A stretch of 64,000 nucleotides of DNA, taken from assembly GCF_963921235.1 (NCBI RefSeq), contig NC_086108.1, forward strand, positions 74,526,001 through 74,590,000. The letters are read 5' to 3'. The notes beneath the pieces were generated by a model. It saw only the letters and a program-made list of their open reading frames with translations, was not told the DNA's origin and made no database searches. Below are positions 22,860 to 36,020 of the stretch, piece by piece (the stretch's first letter is position 1; each line of letters begins with the position of its first letter). The stretch comes from Mobula hypostoma. Taxonomy: Eukaryota. Made by a program: the position numbers and the translations under genes.

Positions 22860-25800
22860 GTGAAACTAGGCAGACAAAGCATATCTGGGTCTTGTGTCTT
22901 TCTTTTCATTAGTTTCTGGAGTTATGAAACATGTGTTGTCGTGGAAGTTTTAAAATGAATCTGAGATGACTGCTTACCTGTTGAAGTGCAGCAAGTGTTT
23001 CTTCAGAAGGGGAGAGAGATGGGCAAGTTTTTTTTAAAAAAGGCAGAAAATGGACAAAATTAACAAGCAAAATGTACGGCCAAGGGTTCATAAACAGTGA
23101 GCACCGGGTGATGATGATACATTTTTTTAAAAAAAGCAGAAAGGGCTGGCTCTACTGTTCAACTGCACACAGATAATTGGATTTTGTATACTGAAGGAAT
23201 TGAGCAGTATTTTAAAGCAAATGGAATGGCTAATAAGATGTGTGCCAGTGCTGCTGAGTGCAGTAACTGGAAAGCATACAGTTTGCTGAGAAGTTTACCT
23301 GCTCTAACCAAACCAGCCGAAATAAGCTTTGCTGATATCTTGAACGTAACGCAGGAACGTTTAGAACTGAAACCATTGTTGTTTACAGAACACTTTTTAG
23401 GCTTCATTAGTGAAATCAAAACGAAGACGACTGCATTTCCGCTTGCATGGCTGAATTGAAGAAATTGTGAGTTCAATAAAGGGCTTAATGATACAACGAG
23501 AGCTCGATTAGTTTGTGGATTCTTACAAGAACGCATTCAAAAACTACTCCTAACTGAAGCACAACTAACATTTAAAAGAGCAGTTGAAATCACTTTATCA
23601 ATGGAACAGAGAGACAATTGAGTGGCAGTCAGGAATGAAAGTGAGCGTGAACAAAATTGCAATGTTTAAACAGAAATCTGCTTTCCCAAACAAATTGTGG
23701 AGCCATTGTGGCTGGTGCTCACATACATTAGAACAACGCAGGTTTAAAAACAAACTTACAGAAAATGCAATGAAGTAGGACATATACAAAGAGCAGACAA
23801 AAGCAAGTGGACTGCACAAGGAAGAGAAAAAGCTAAAATGTCAAGTTGCAGTTTTCAAAAAGGGCACTAATAGGATGAGGAGAAGTTAGGAAAGATGGCA
23901 CCAGCGGGTTTTTACAGATCCCGGCAACTTTCAATTTCTCCACGAAACAGTTTATTCTCCTTGTGTTTTTCTTTTCAGGGTGGTTGGGTTCTGCTGGAGT
24001 CCATGATCTGCAGCTCAAACTATGTTTTTTTTTGCAAGCGGTGGATCTTCAGACCAGCTGTGTGGCCTGATGCTTTGCTATCTCTAAGAGTGGCCTGGAA
24101 TATGTGTGCCTTTGGGGAGTAGCCCTATAGGCCATCCAGTTCCTTGCCAATTGTGCAGACTGATACGTCGTGGAAGACTGAAACATTGAAATAGCATGTG
24201 CCATACTCGAATGCTCTCGCTCTCTCTCTCAGCCTGTTGGTCCTTGGGTTGGGGGGGCTTGGAATAGTGACGTGGAAGACTGTAACAGCGGAACAGCGAG
24301 TTGCTATACTCCACTCTCACTGTTGCAGGAGAGCAACTTCTCTATCCCTCAGTGAAGAGAGAGAAAGCTTGTCTGAGATACTGAAGCGCTGGGTTATGGA
24401 CTAAAGTTTTTGATGGACTGTAAATCAAGTTCTCTTTGCGGGCTGTTGCTTGCATGGTGGGGGTGGTGGTGGAGGTCGATGTTTCTGCGGCACTAGTGGG
24501 GGATGGGGAGGATGATGGTCAATGCTTCTGCTGCTTGTGCGATGGGAAGGGGGGCCTCAGGGTTCTGATATTTCCATCATTTATTCTATGGAGTGTCTTG
24601 TTTCTTGGATGTCTACAGAGGAAGAATTTCAGTTAGTATATTGTATACATTCTCTGATATTAAATTGAACCATTTGAATCTGCGTGCTGTAATGAAAAAT
24701 CTGATGATGTTGAGCGTGACACAGGATGTATAGCCTTGAGATTTACAATGTGAAAATTAACAACAGACAAGCAATATGACTTGGACCAGAAGTGAACATA
24801 ACGAGTTTGAACAGCATTTCAAAGATACTGAACTGAAGCCTGCAGATATCCAACTAAGAACTTCTACTGGATAAAAGATAGTTCCTCTGTATGAAATATG
24901 TAACAGTGAAGTACAACAACCAGTAAGCTACATTGGGCTTGTATATGATAAAAACAGGAGCTCTCACATTATGGAGCCGTGATTAGCAAAGGCAACTACA
25001 GCCTTATTAGAGATCCATCCACCATTTGCCAAAGCAGCGTTTAAGGGTGGCATTGGAAAGCTCAAGCACATCAAGGGCAAAGTAGTTTCAAATGAATGCC
25101 ACACCCAAGTTTTAGAAATCCCATCAGGTTCCTTACACCATCTGTGATAAAGTAGCCAGTGAGCTAGATCTCATGGAGACTGAAGAAATTCTTTCTAAGA
25201 TTGAGTGGAACCCATAGGCAATGTCAGTGGTCCCAGTAGCCAAAAAGGATGGGTCTGTCAGATCTGTGGTGATATTAAGGTTACCATCGTCCCAGTACTG
25301 AAAGTAGATCAGTACCCTCAGGATAGAGGATAACTTTGCAAACCTTTCTGGAGGAAAGCACTTCAGCAAAGTGGACTTAGCTGAGGACTACCTACTGATG
25401 GAGATAGAAGAAATTTTTCTCACCATAAACACTCAAAGGGCTTTATCGCTATAATAGATGTTGCAAGGCTGCACAGACACTCTGTTACCTGAATAACATC
25501 ATTGTTACTGGTGAGCATGACATCTCCAAAATCTCAAGACTGTTAAAAAGATTAGAAAATTATAAGTTCAGAGTATGATGTGACAAATGTGAATTCTTTA
25601 AATCAAACATCACTTTGGTCACACCATTGACAATGTAAGATGACACAAGTGTGCTGGAAAACAGTGGTGGATGCCCCAAGGCCAAAGGACGTGCCACAGT
25701 TATGCTTTTTTTTTTAAGGATTTCTTTGTCAAGTACTATAATAGGTTCCTTCCAAACCTGGCTATTGTACTCCACCCCTTGAACTCTGCCTTTTGGAATC

Positions 25801-27185
25801 TTCCTGATCTGTAGGTAAAGGGAATGGTGACATCAGACACTGCTTTATTCACACATTTTGATCCACATCGTCCATGAGGTTTGCCTTCTGGTATATGTGC
25901 AGTCATGTCACATCTTATGAGTGATAGAAGTGAGCACCCCATAGCTTTTGCATCATGTTCCCTTACTAATGCAGAGAAAAATTATGCACAAATTGATAGA
26001 GGCCTTGAATCTGGTTTGGGGTGTAAAACATTTCAATCGGTACCTGTATGAGGGAGAGTTCATCTTTATTACTGATCATCAACCACGAGTGTCCATCTTC
26101 AAGCCACAGAAGGGTGTTCCACTAATGTAGCCTGAATGTAGAGATAGGCTCTATTTCTTGGAGGTCACAACTAAAAGATTGAATTCAAGAGGGTGACTAA
26201 TCATGGAAATACTGATGGATTGTCCCATTTACCTTTGGAAAAGGAAATACCTGAAAAATTTACAAGACAGACACTCCTCCTGAAATATTCTCCCTAATAC
26301 AAATTGAAAGTCTTCCTATTATGGCTGAAATTATCCAAAGAAAAATGAGAAAAGACCCCTGCACTGTCTCAGGTCTACAAAGTTACCTGAAATGGGTGGA
26401 ATATCCTACAGAAATTCCAGTTCCCCTATCTTAAACAGTACTGGCGTGAACTTGCTCTTGACGGGGGTTGCCTAATGTGGGGATTGAGAGTTGCACCATC
26501 CAAGCTGAGAGCTGAAGTGTTGGAGGAGCTACATGCTAGTCATCTCTGCGTGGTTAAAATGAAAGATTTGGCTCGAAGGTGTGTCTGGTGGACTGGGATA
26601 GATCAGATTAAGCAGCTTGCCATGCGCTGTTTGGGATGATTACACATCCAGGAGATGCCATGAACATTTCCTCTTCATCACTGTGAATGGCATGCATTGC
26701 CCTGACAGAGGATTCATGTAGATTTTGTCAGAGCATTTATGAGCCCAAATTTCTTGATAGTAGCTATAAAGTGGCCAGAAGTGTTCCCAATGGCCTCCAA
26801 TACAACCTCGCACACTGATGTGTTGAAAAGGACTGATGTTCCAGCACACTTAGTCGGTGACGATGGACTACATTTTGTAGCAAAACAGTTTCAGTCGTTC
26901 CTGAAAATGAATGGAAAAAGACATTACATCTGCACCATACTACCCAGCTACAAATGGCTTGGTGGAAATGTTTGCCCAGAGTCAGACAATGTATTGTGAG
27001 CAATGTCAGCACAACGCATTACACTGCCACTGAATCAGAAGCTCACCAATTTCCTTCATTTATATTGCAATGCAGTACACGCCATGACCAACAACTCACC
27101 AGCTATGCTGTTCCTGGGTGGTCCCTTGTGCTCAAGCATGAATCTCCTCAAACAGCTGAGACAAATTGAAGGCTCCTCAAACATG
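22860..27185 (+). mobile_element. Gypsy LTR retrotransposon internal region, heavily decayed
   Basis: gag-like DNWILYTEGIEQYFKAN (~23170); RT-like sequence at ~25100-25600; RNaseH-like GVKHFNRYLYEGEFIFITDHQP (25948-26130); integrase-like SKWPEV/HLVGDDGLHFVAKQFQSFLKMNG (26739-26999). Confidence 0.85.
23872..24680 (+). mobile_element. Non-autonomous retroposon inserted in the Gypsy gag region
   Basis: Starts with an AAGATGGC-type head, ends with a LINE-like tail (GAATTTCAG..TGTATAC..ATTAAATTGAACCATTTGAA); Gypsy-like sequence resumes after it. Confidence 0.55.
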
Positions 27186-27189
27186 GATG

Positions 27190-27760
27190 AGAAAATACAC
27201 CAGCACCTCTACTCTCAAGACGCCAAAGAAATTTGCCATGTTCTCTTTGACTCTCACCAATTTTTTTTTATAGATACATCATAGAAAGCATGCTATTCCT
27301 AATGCATCATGGCAGATGCTGTGCCAGAAATGTCAAGAAGCTGCAGAGAGATTTGAACACAGATTAGCACACCTTGGACATCAGCCTCACATCCATGGAC
27401 TCTACACACACACTTCTCGCTGCTTCTCCAAAGCAGCCAATGTAATCAGCGACCCCACCCACCATTCTTTCGTCTCTTCCCTCCGCCCCCAATTGAGCAG
27501 AAGATAGAGCTTGAAAACATGTACCACCAATTTCAAGAATAGCTACTGTCCCACTGTTGTATGGTCTTCTAGTTTGATAAGATGGACTCTTGTGTCTGCC
27601 TGCACTGTACCCTCTCTGTATTATGGAACATTTTATTCTGCATTCTTTTAGTGTTTTCCTTATACAATCGTAGTGCATTAATGTAATGAAATAATTTATG
27701 AATTGCTTGAAAAATGTTTTTTATTGTATCTCAGTATATGCGACAACAATAAACCAATTT
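27190..27760 (+). mobile_element. Rex/Babar LINE 3' fragment
   Basis: Decayed LYFLRRLKKF-like region and a 3' tail ending ACAACAATAAACCAATTT, shared with 63530..63845. Confidence 0.65.
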
Positions 27761-30315
27761 ATTATTGCAGCAGCCGAGTAAATTTTGGATTGCCATGCTA
27801 ACTGAGTGAGGCTGCCTTAATTTAAATGAAGAATTTCAATAATTCAGCAGTAAAATGATCATAACTTATAGAGGCTTCTTTGTAGCAAGGGTCTTTCTGG
27901 CTTAGCCTGCATTCAGAAGCAAGTATGTAGCTACGGTCTTCTTGGTGTGAATGTCAGGCAGGCAAGTACCTAGTACAAGCCTTGCGTGAGAATCATTTGT
28001 ATAGGTAAGTGTATAGTTGTGTCAGGGTTCTTGGAGCATCTGCTTGAAAGTAATTGCTGCATTGGCAATCTTTCACATGTCGTATCACCATAAGTAAATT
28101 GACGCTTTGATATTACATGTGATCATAATTGATCCTCAGAGTAAGTGTACATGGAAAATGGGAGTTTATTAGATCGTGTGGAATGAATTGGAACTGGTGC
28201 AACTTTCACTTGATCTGTATACTGTGTCATCCTTGTACCTTTAGAACTGTAAGTTCAGAAGACACAACAGTTTGAGAAGAGGCCTTTATGATTGGAAGCA
28301 GAACCAGTTGATGTGCTTTTGGGAATATTTGGCCAATGAGGGCATATCTGGAAAGGCCTTTCTTTGACATTGTCTGGTGTCAATCTTTTCATCCTCCTTT
28401 CTACAGGTAGTTCAGAACAGGAAGAAGTAAAAGCTTTTTCCCTTATAGTGGCCAGGTTGTAAGTGCAACTGATGACAATTTCTGAGATGTTCTATTGAGT
28501 ACTGCAGGAAATTTCCTAATTTGACCAGCTGCTAGAAGTTCATCTTGATAAGCCTGATTGCACTTTCCATTACCAGTGTTATTAGTGTTCTGTAGTATAA
28601 CTAGCAGCTTAGGAAAAAGGGAATATCCCATGGCTCCAAGAGCTTCCATTCTAGTTAGCATGGTTTAGTATGAGTAACCTGTCTAGGTCGAGAAGCCATT
28701 TTATAGTTCTATTCATTGAGTGTTAACATTGATGCCATCAGTTCTGGGCAGGACTGCCATCTTTTGCCACTGTGTAGTAATTGGGGTGGTTGATGAAAGG
28801 AGCTGCAGACATCCATACTAGATCTACTGAATCTAGTTGGAACTGTCTAGATTAAACTTCTGCAGTTGATTAGCAGATAATGCTGAGAAATCTGCTTGCT
28901 GAAATTGTACCAGGTTAGATCTGGTTTAGAATCAACGACTCTTGTATCAGTTTTCTACTTATAATTCAAGTAAAAACAACAACTTATATATGTATTTCAG
29001 ATGCTGGTCATGGAGGATTCAGAATATTAGTCTGTTATAGTACTGTGCTGTGATATACAGTATATTATTTGCAAAATAAAGTACCTAAAAAAAAAGTTAC
29101 AGGTGATAGACATAAAAATAGCTAATATAAATATTTTTGCATAAATTATTCATACAATTAAATTCATTATATTTTTATTTCTTTAAATATATTCACAAAT
29201 ATTCAAGCTGTTTTGACAGCCAGATCAGGCTAGGTTTGGTTCATCAGCTTTCAAAAACATCTGAAGGATTTGTGAACATTGAGACCTGCACTGTGCAGGG
29301 CTTGGACAATCAGATTGGAAGTGGCTTCCTTTGTGAACAGCTTTACAGAAATTGTGTTAATATATTTCTCGTATTCAAATTAATATTAATTACATATGTA
29401 CGGAAAACAAAACAGATCCAGCTCTAAATCCAGGGATACATCTAATCTCAATTTTTCTTCATGCAGAAAGGTTCATAAGCCTTCACTCTCTGTTTTTTGC
29501 CTGTCAGTTTCATTCCTGTATATACTATCACATGCCACTTTTTGATGCAAGATTATTGTTTTAACATCCAATGAAAATGCATGTGATCCACTGAAATTCT
29601 TTTGTCAAATTGGCATAATGTCTGAGTATAGACAAGCACTGGCATGGTACATTGCATAGCCAACCAATTTACTGCTCTTTAATTATACTTTCAAAGTATA
29701 ATTAAACATCTAAGTCTAGAAGATGATTGTCTTCTAGATTTAGATGTCAGATATTCAGTGCCTTCATGCGTATAACTGTAATTAAAGTAATGTTGTGAAT
29801 TCCTCTGTTAAAATTCTGTTGCTTCTTTTCTTTTCCACTGCTGCTACTCATTATTACTAGAACAAAAGTTTGTCTTCTTCCCAGGGACTTCGAGCATGAA
29901 TGTGTGATAGCATCTCATACTTAAATTAAAAGACAATTATCTTCCATCCCAGTGTCCCTTGCTAATCATTCGGTATGACTCTGTGATCGAATTTATTCAA
30001 TGCCGAATTAATAAAATGTGGCTTACAATATCTTTCCTCATTTGCCATCATATAATCATTGCGCTTTATATATTCTATTGTCATTTATATATTCTAACAT
30101 CTGTGATCATCAGAAAATTTCTCCAAATGTAAGTTCCAAGTAATTAACATCATTAATAGCTACTCTTTGTTAAATGTAGTACATAAAATCTTCAATAAGA
30201 TTTTAGCCTTTGTTTGAGGAGTCATTTTGAAAACTGGTAAACTAGATGTTATACGTTCAGCAACAATTGTTTTCATTTTGAATGTTGTTTAAGTATAATC
30301 ACTTTGTTCTCCCAG

Positions 30316-30446
30316 AGGTTTGTTCATCATTGATAATGCTGGTATACTGCGTCAGATAATGATCAATGACTTGCCTGTTGGGCGTTCAGTGGATGAAGTG
30401 ATGAGGTTGGTTCAAGCATTCCAATTTACAGATGAACACGGGGAAG
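30316..30446 (+). CDS. PRDX1: Peroxiredoxin-1-like, coding exon 4 ([43 protein letters not shown])
   Basis: CCCAG acceptor ends 30315, GTAATG donor at 30447; 131 nt. Confidence 0.96.
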
Positions 30447-30639
30447 GTAATGTATATTTATCATGAGTACTGTAAAAGACACTTGCCTAGAAATTTTGTT
30501 ACATAGAGTACTGCTTTTGTGCAGTATATGCTAGAATTTTATTGAAAACCTTATTGTTCATTTTGCTCCAGAACATGCAGAAATAAATCTGAGGCTTGTG
30601 ATTTGCTTGGAAGTTCTGATTGTGCAGTGCACTGGCACA

Positions 30640-31440
30640 TTGATGACATTATATGGCACCAACACATAGTATTGTGTCATGTGCCATTCATGTGAAAACA
30701 GTTGCAATACATGATAAAAACCATAAATTACGATAAGAAGTGTATACATAAAATTAAATAAATAGTGCAAAAGGGAAAAATATTGAGGTGGTGTTCATGG
30801 GTTTCATTGTCCATTCAGCAATCTGATGGCGCAGGGCAAGAAGCTGTTTCTGAAAAGTTAAGTGTGTGTCTTCAGTTCCTGTCCTACCTCCCTAATGGTA
30901 GCAATGAGAAGAAGGCATACTCTGGGTGATGGGGTTCCTTAATTGTTGATGCCGCCTTTCTGAGGCATCGCCTTTTGAAGCTGTCCTGGGTGCTGGAGAA
31001 GGTATTGCCCATGATGAAGCTGAGTTGGAATGCTCTCCACAGTTTATCTGTAGAAATTTGCAAGTGTCTTTGGTGACATACCAATTCTAATGAAATATAC
31101 CCTCTGTCATGCCCTCTTTGTAATTGCATCAATATGTAGGGCCAGGATAGATTCTCAGAAATGTTACATCCAAGAACTTGGAACTGTTCACCCTTTCCAC
31201 TTCTGATTCATCAAGGACTGGTGTGTGTTCCCTTGACTTCTCCTTCCTGAAGTCCACAATCAATTCCTTGGTCTTACTGACGCTGAATGCAAGATTGTTT
31301 CTGCAACGCCACTTGACCAGCTGATCTGTCTTGCTCTCGATCTGTACGTCTCCTCACCACCATCCAAAATTGTCAGAAAATTTATAGATGGTGTTTGAGC
31401 TGTGCCTAACCACACATTTGTGGGAATAGAGCAGTGGGCA
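30640..31440 (-). mobile_element. Rex/Babar LINE 3' fragment
   Basis: Minus-strand RRCLRKAASTIKEPHHPEYAFFSLLPLGR and a KTKELIVDFRK-like segment (~31240-31280). Confidence 0.75.
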
Positions 31441-31756
31441 ATGCACCCATTCCTGAGGTAATTATTGTACAAAACATAATGTGGTTTGCTATGCTCTGCA
31501 AGTTCATAATGCCAGTCTTAGAACATAGAACATTACAGTACCACGATATAGCTTCGACCACGATGTACTGACCAACCACAAGACCTTGTGAAGAAGAATT
31601 TACTTGTGATAATCTCACCCACCCTTCACAAAAACAATGTTAATTAATATCAGTTTATCATGCACACTTAGAACTAAGGTCTGGAACAAACTTTGATTTT
31701 TTTATTGCTGATATTGATTTTAGATACAGTATAGCTTCCTCTTTATTGTCAAATTG

Positions 31757-32580
31757 AAGATGGCACCAAGCTGCGGCTCAGTTTTAATTGTTTTTGGTGT
31801 CATTTTTTAAGCTCCTAGGGATGATTTTGGGGACAGAGGGGAGTTGGGGGTCAAGTTAGGGTTTAAGGACAGGGATATAGAAGAATCAGATGACTGGCCA
31901 GAGTTTTAGTCTCTGCCCTGCATTCAGAGGCCAGCAATGCCCAAGCAGGATATCCATGGATCGGGCCAGGATGTCAAGCTGGCAGACCAGTGTGGCGAGG
32001 GATGGTGGCAAACACCCTGGGACAGTGAATTGTCAGAAGGTTCTGGAGTTGGAGTTCCATGCAGGTAGTAGCTATGAGGTCTGAAGGCCTCCTGGATTTG
32101 CGAATTGGTGAGGCCAGATTTTGAGGCCTAGTGTTCAGAGATCGGCTGGTCTTGGAGTCAGTGCTGAAGATTGAGAGCCAAGCATCGAATTGGAAATCTG
32201 GAAATTGAGCCTGTTGGCTGGAGCTCCATTACTGTGAATTGCTGCAATTTACCAGGGTATCGAAGGCCCAGTGTCTGCGAGTGAGTCTGAATCCAAGGTC
32301 ATTGGAGGGTGAAGAAGTCGGCCTGTCCTGGGAATAGAGAACTATATATGTGCATGGATGGGAGGGAGAAAGGAACTTGTTTTGCTGTTGTTCATTTGTT
32401 GTTTCTTGGGTTCTGTGTTTTCTGCCAAACATTGTGGGCATGCTATGTTGGCGCAGAATGTGTGGCGACCCTCCTAGATTGCCCCCAGCACACCCTCGGG
32501 TGTATTGGTTGCTAACTCAAACAATGCATTTCGCTTTCTTTTTCGATGTACAAATGGTAAATAAATTGAAATCTTCAAAT
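31757..32580 (+). mobile_element. Non-autonomous retroposon (AAGATGGC head, SINE-like tail)
   Basis: Tail GGCATGCTATGTTGGCGC..GAATGTGTGGCGAC..CCCCCAGCACA..GATGTAC shared with 7640-7760 and with a minus-strand copy at ~45230-45640. Confidence 0.55.
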
Positions 32581-32680
32581 AATTTAAAAGAAAATTCTTG
32601 AACCTCGTTTTCCATTGGTTAATTTTCAGAACAAAGCCTAGTGCTATTAGTTTCCAATTGATTATTTGCAATACATTGTA

Positions 32681-33314
32681 TAGGTTGATCACATTGAATT
32701 GGGTTCTACCACTTGTTTGGACATAATTTTCGCCAGCCTAATTTCAAATTTCCCGCAATGCTATGCTAACATGTCACCACTGTCTTGATGCTGCCATTAG
32801 TAAAATCAGTTGTTGGCACAGATTTTAAATGAAGCAAGTCATTTCTCTGTGTAATTCTCCATTTTTTTAAAATAACCTGTGCTTATCTAGCCCCAGTCAT
32901 GTCGTTGAATAAAGGAAGTGCTTCTCGTGGTGTAAAGCTGAAACACCATACGTTATCTATACAAGATAAGGTGGAAATTCTGGAAAAACTCAACAGAAGT
33001 GTGTCTGTGAAAAGCATATGCAACCTGTATAATGTTAGCTCTTCCACAGTTTATGATGGAAAGAAACAAAAAGAAAAGTTGCTCCAGCTGTTTGCTGACA
33101 GCGAATCAAAAAGCATGTGCATAAGGAGGACGATGAAGATGTTCATTTCTAGATAAAGTTCTTACTTTTCATTTGTCATTTTTTTCCTTTATTATCCAAG
33201 TGGGTTAGAAGTGTTTATTTATTTAATCTTAACCTAACCACCTGTTATTTGGCAAAATTACTAATCTGGCACTGCACAAGTCACAATCATTCTAGATTTG
33301 TGGTGGTCAACCTG
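32681..33314 (+). mobile_element. Tigger/pogo-family DNA transposon, internally deleted
   Basis: TA-flanked TIRs (T)AGGTTGATCAC ... GTGGTCAACCTG; ORF 32899..33156 encodes a CENP-B-type HTH (KHHTLSIQDKVEILEKL..ICNLYNVSSSTVYD.KKQKEKLL). Confidence 0.85.
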
Positions 33315-33493
33315 TATTACCAAAGTTAAACATTTAACATTTTATTGTACTATCTGTTTCAGTCCCATCTTTCTGATCTAGCCAGGATGTAGGAATACTT
33401 TCCCTTGTTTTATTATGATGCAGGGATGACATTTTTGAGCTGCTTGTTTACTGGATCTCTTGTATTGCATCTTGAGGTACCTGTGTCTTCCAA

Positions 33494-33610
33494 GCTTAGA
33501 AAAATAGAGGGCTATGGGTAAGCCTAGTAATTTCTAAGGTAGGGACATGTTCGGCACAACTTTGTGGGCTGAAGGGCCTGTATTGTGCTGTAGGTTTTCT
33601 ATGTTTCTAA
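33494..33610 (+). mobile_element. Short CR1 3' tail
   Basis: Near-identical to the 3' ends at ~22250-22368 and ~47380-47510. Confidence 0.85.
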
Positions 33611-34302
33611 GTCATACAGTGAAGTCGTGCAGAAAACTTGGGGCTCAAATTTCTATTGCTTATGACTCTTTAAAATGACTACCTAGTTAAAAGATACCAG
33701 CAACTCATTTACTTACTCATTGGAATCGGTGCAGACAGCACTTAGAGTTGCTAGGAAATTTTCATCAATCCTATTTAATTTGTTTTAATATGCAAGTGTT
33801 GAAGATGAATTGGCTGTGTGTAGTCACTCTAATGAATGCTGGTAACTTATGGCAGTTTCACAGTATATTCAGCCAGAGTGCAGAAACACCTGGAAAATTA
33901 ACCATTTTGATATAAGGCAGAGCTTCCTAGTTCTCTAATAATATAAGGAATTAATTTATTGGCTTTTTGTGAGCACCAATTATGCCACCCCTAAAGAATT
34001 TGCTATAGCCATTGAAATAAGTTACCAAATTATCATTGGTGCTACATTTTAGGTAGCATCAGATATGCTTTTGATTGTTACTGTTATTTATATATGTGGC
34101 CAGAGATGAGCATGGGAGAAGGAAATCTTCTCATGTTAATTTTAATAAACTGACACCAGTTATCAGGTTGATACCAGCTATCTTTGTATTACCCCACCAT
34201 GTTTTGGAGAATTGAATATTGCACCAGTGTTTTATGTCCAATAAACATTACTTATGGACTTTTATAATAGGTAATAACTAATCTGATTTTTTTTTCTTCC
34301 AG

Positions 34303-34388
34303 TTTGCCCTGCTAATTGGAAACCTGGTGGTGAAACCATAACACCTGACATAGAAAAGAGCAAGAATTACTTTTCAAAACAGAAGTAG
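34303..34388 (+). CDS. PRDX1: Peroxiredoxin-1-like, last coding exon with resolving Cys173 ([28 protein letters not shown])
   Basis: Polypyrimidine tract + AG ends 34302; TAG stop at 34386-34388. Exons sum to 106+154+123+131+86=600 nt = 199 aa + stop. Confidence 0.96.
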
Positions 34389-34703
34389 TTTTTCTTTCTT
34401 TTGCAGTTGAATATAACCAGTGTGATATATTAGTTCGTTATATAAGTGAAAACAATTGGTAGTGAGAATGTATTTTGCTAAGTTTTTTTTTGCTGAGACT
34501 AATACTGATAGGAAAAATAAAAACATTGCACAGTCTTGCTTGATGAGAATATCTATTGAAGTAGTGAGCTTGGAGGTCAGTGTAATAAGTTCCTGGAAAA
34601 TTGAGTCTTAAGGTTACTGTGCTAATCTCCATGCTTGACCTTCAATTGTTGCTCTTGTTGAGTGATGCTAAGCATCAAAGTCTTGCAAAAGTTATGCTGT
34701 CTT

Positions 34704-34709
34704 AATAAA
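34704..34709 (+). terminator. Candidate polyadenylation signal of the PRDX1-like gene
   Basis: First AATAAA, ~315 nt after the stop; further AATAAA hexamers at ~34750 and ~34805. Confidence 0.55.
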
Positions 34710-35029
34710 AGTTTTCCTCATTTGATTAGGTGTCGTAGTAATGCCTTTGAATAAACCAATGTTTTGTAGAATTTATTGCATATTTTGTGCATTTATAAAT
34801 AGAAAATAAATGTTTGGGGAAAATTGACTTGTATTACATTTTTACTTGTATTCATGCATTGATACTTTTTTCAATCCACTCCTATTGAAGTTGCAATAGA
34901 AGATATTGCAAGACCTGGGATACAAATTAGTCTATGCCACTATTATAAATTGGAACTTTTATAGTGTTCAGATTTAAATTTGATTTATTTCAGTGACCTA
35001 AAGCAGTGTGTAAAACTAGGGAAGTACAT

Positions 35030-36020
35030 CTCCACATCCTGCTCTCTCAGCACCAGTGTTTTTTCTCCTCGCCTGTTTTCGCTCTACACCAAAATGACTG
35101 CATCTCCATCAGTGGGTGACAGCATTGGACTAACCTGAGGCGACAAATCCAAGTACCTTCAAGAAATTAACAAGCTATTGTCCTGGTGTGACTACAACAA
35201 CTTGGAGCTGAATGCTCTTAAAACTGTGGAGATGCATATCGACTTCAGGAGAAATGTCTCCTCTCCAGCCAGTCATCATCAACAGCTCTAGTTAGCATTG
35301 TTTCAATATTCAGGTTCCTGGACATCATTATTTCACAGGACATCATGTGGGAGAACTATATCCGCTTCATTAACAAAAATGCTCAGCGGGGATGCACTTC
35401 TTGCAGTAGTTAGCATAATTCTGTCTTCCTGAGAACATACTGGTGTAATTCCACACTGCCATTGTAGAGAGCATCCTCACATCAGCTATTACTGTCTGGT
35501 TTGGTGCAACATCCTCTCACAATATACAAAATCTATAATGAACTATCTGGTCAGCAGAAGAGATAATTGGTTGCAGTACCATTGCTGCAGGATTTGTATG
35601 TGTCCAGGAAAAAGAAGCGGGCAGGATAAATCATTGGGAACACGACATACCCTCAAATGGCCTTTTTACAAAAACTATTCTGGAAAGTGCTATAGAGCAC
35701 TTAAAACAAAAGCTTCACACTTCTCCCAGTTAATCTGATCAACCATTCTCTTTAGCCCCATCATTGCACAGCACTATAGACACTTAAACCATTTTATAAT
35801 GCTGTTTACATTGCAAATATATTTATTTATGCACATTTTATTCCATATCAGTCCTTTAATCTCTATTAGCGTTTTTATATATAATTCATTTTTAATATCA
35901 TTTTGATTCTTTATAATTGTTGAATGTTGTTTTTTGTTGCATGTTGTACCTTGACCAACTTACTAATGCAAATTCCTAATACATGTAAATATATGTGGCA
36001 ATTGAAGTTGATCCTTAATC
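35030..36020 (+). mobile_element. Rex/Babar LINE fragment
   Basis: Decayed GCVLSPLLFSLYT.DC-like and LELNALKTVEMHIDFRR motifs, followed by an AT-rich tail. Confidence 0.7.

Noticed and set aside
32899..33156. CENP-B/Jerky/TIGD-like ORF as a domesticated host gene
   Set aside because: Only the HTH N-terminus, no DDE domain, and enclosed by TA-flanked TIRs: a deleted Tigger/pogo element.
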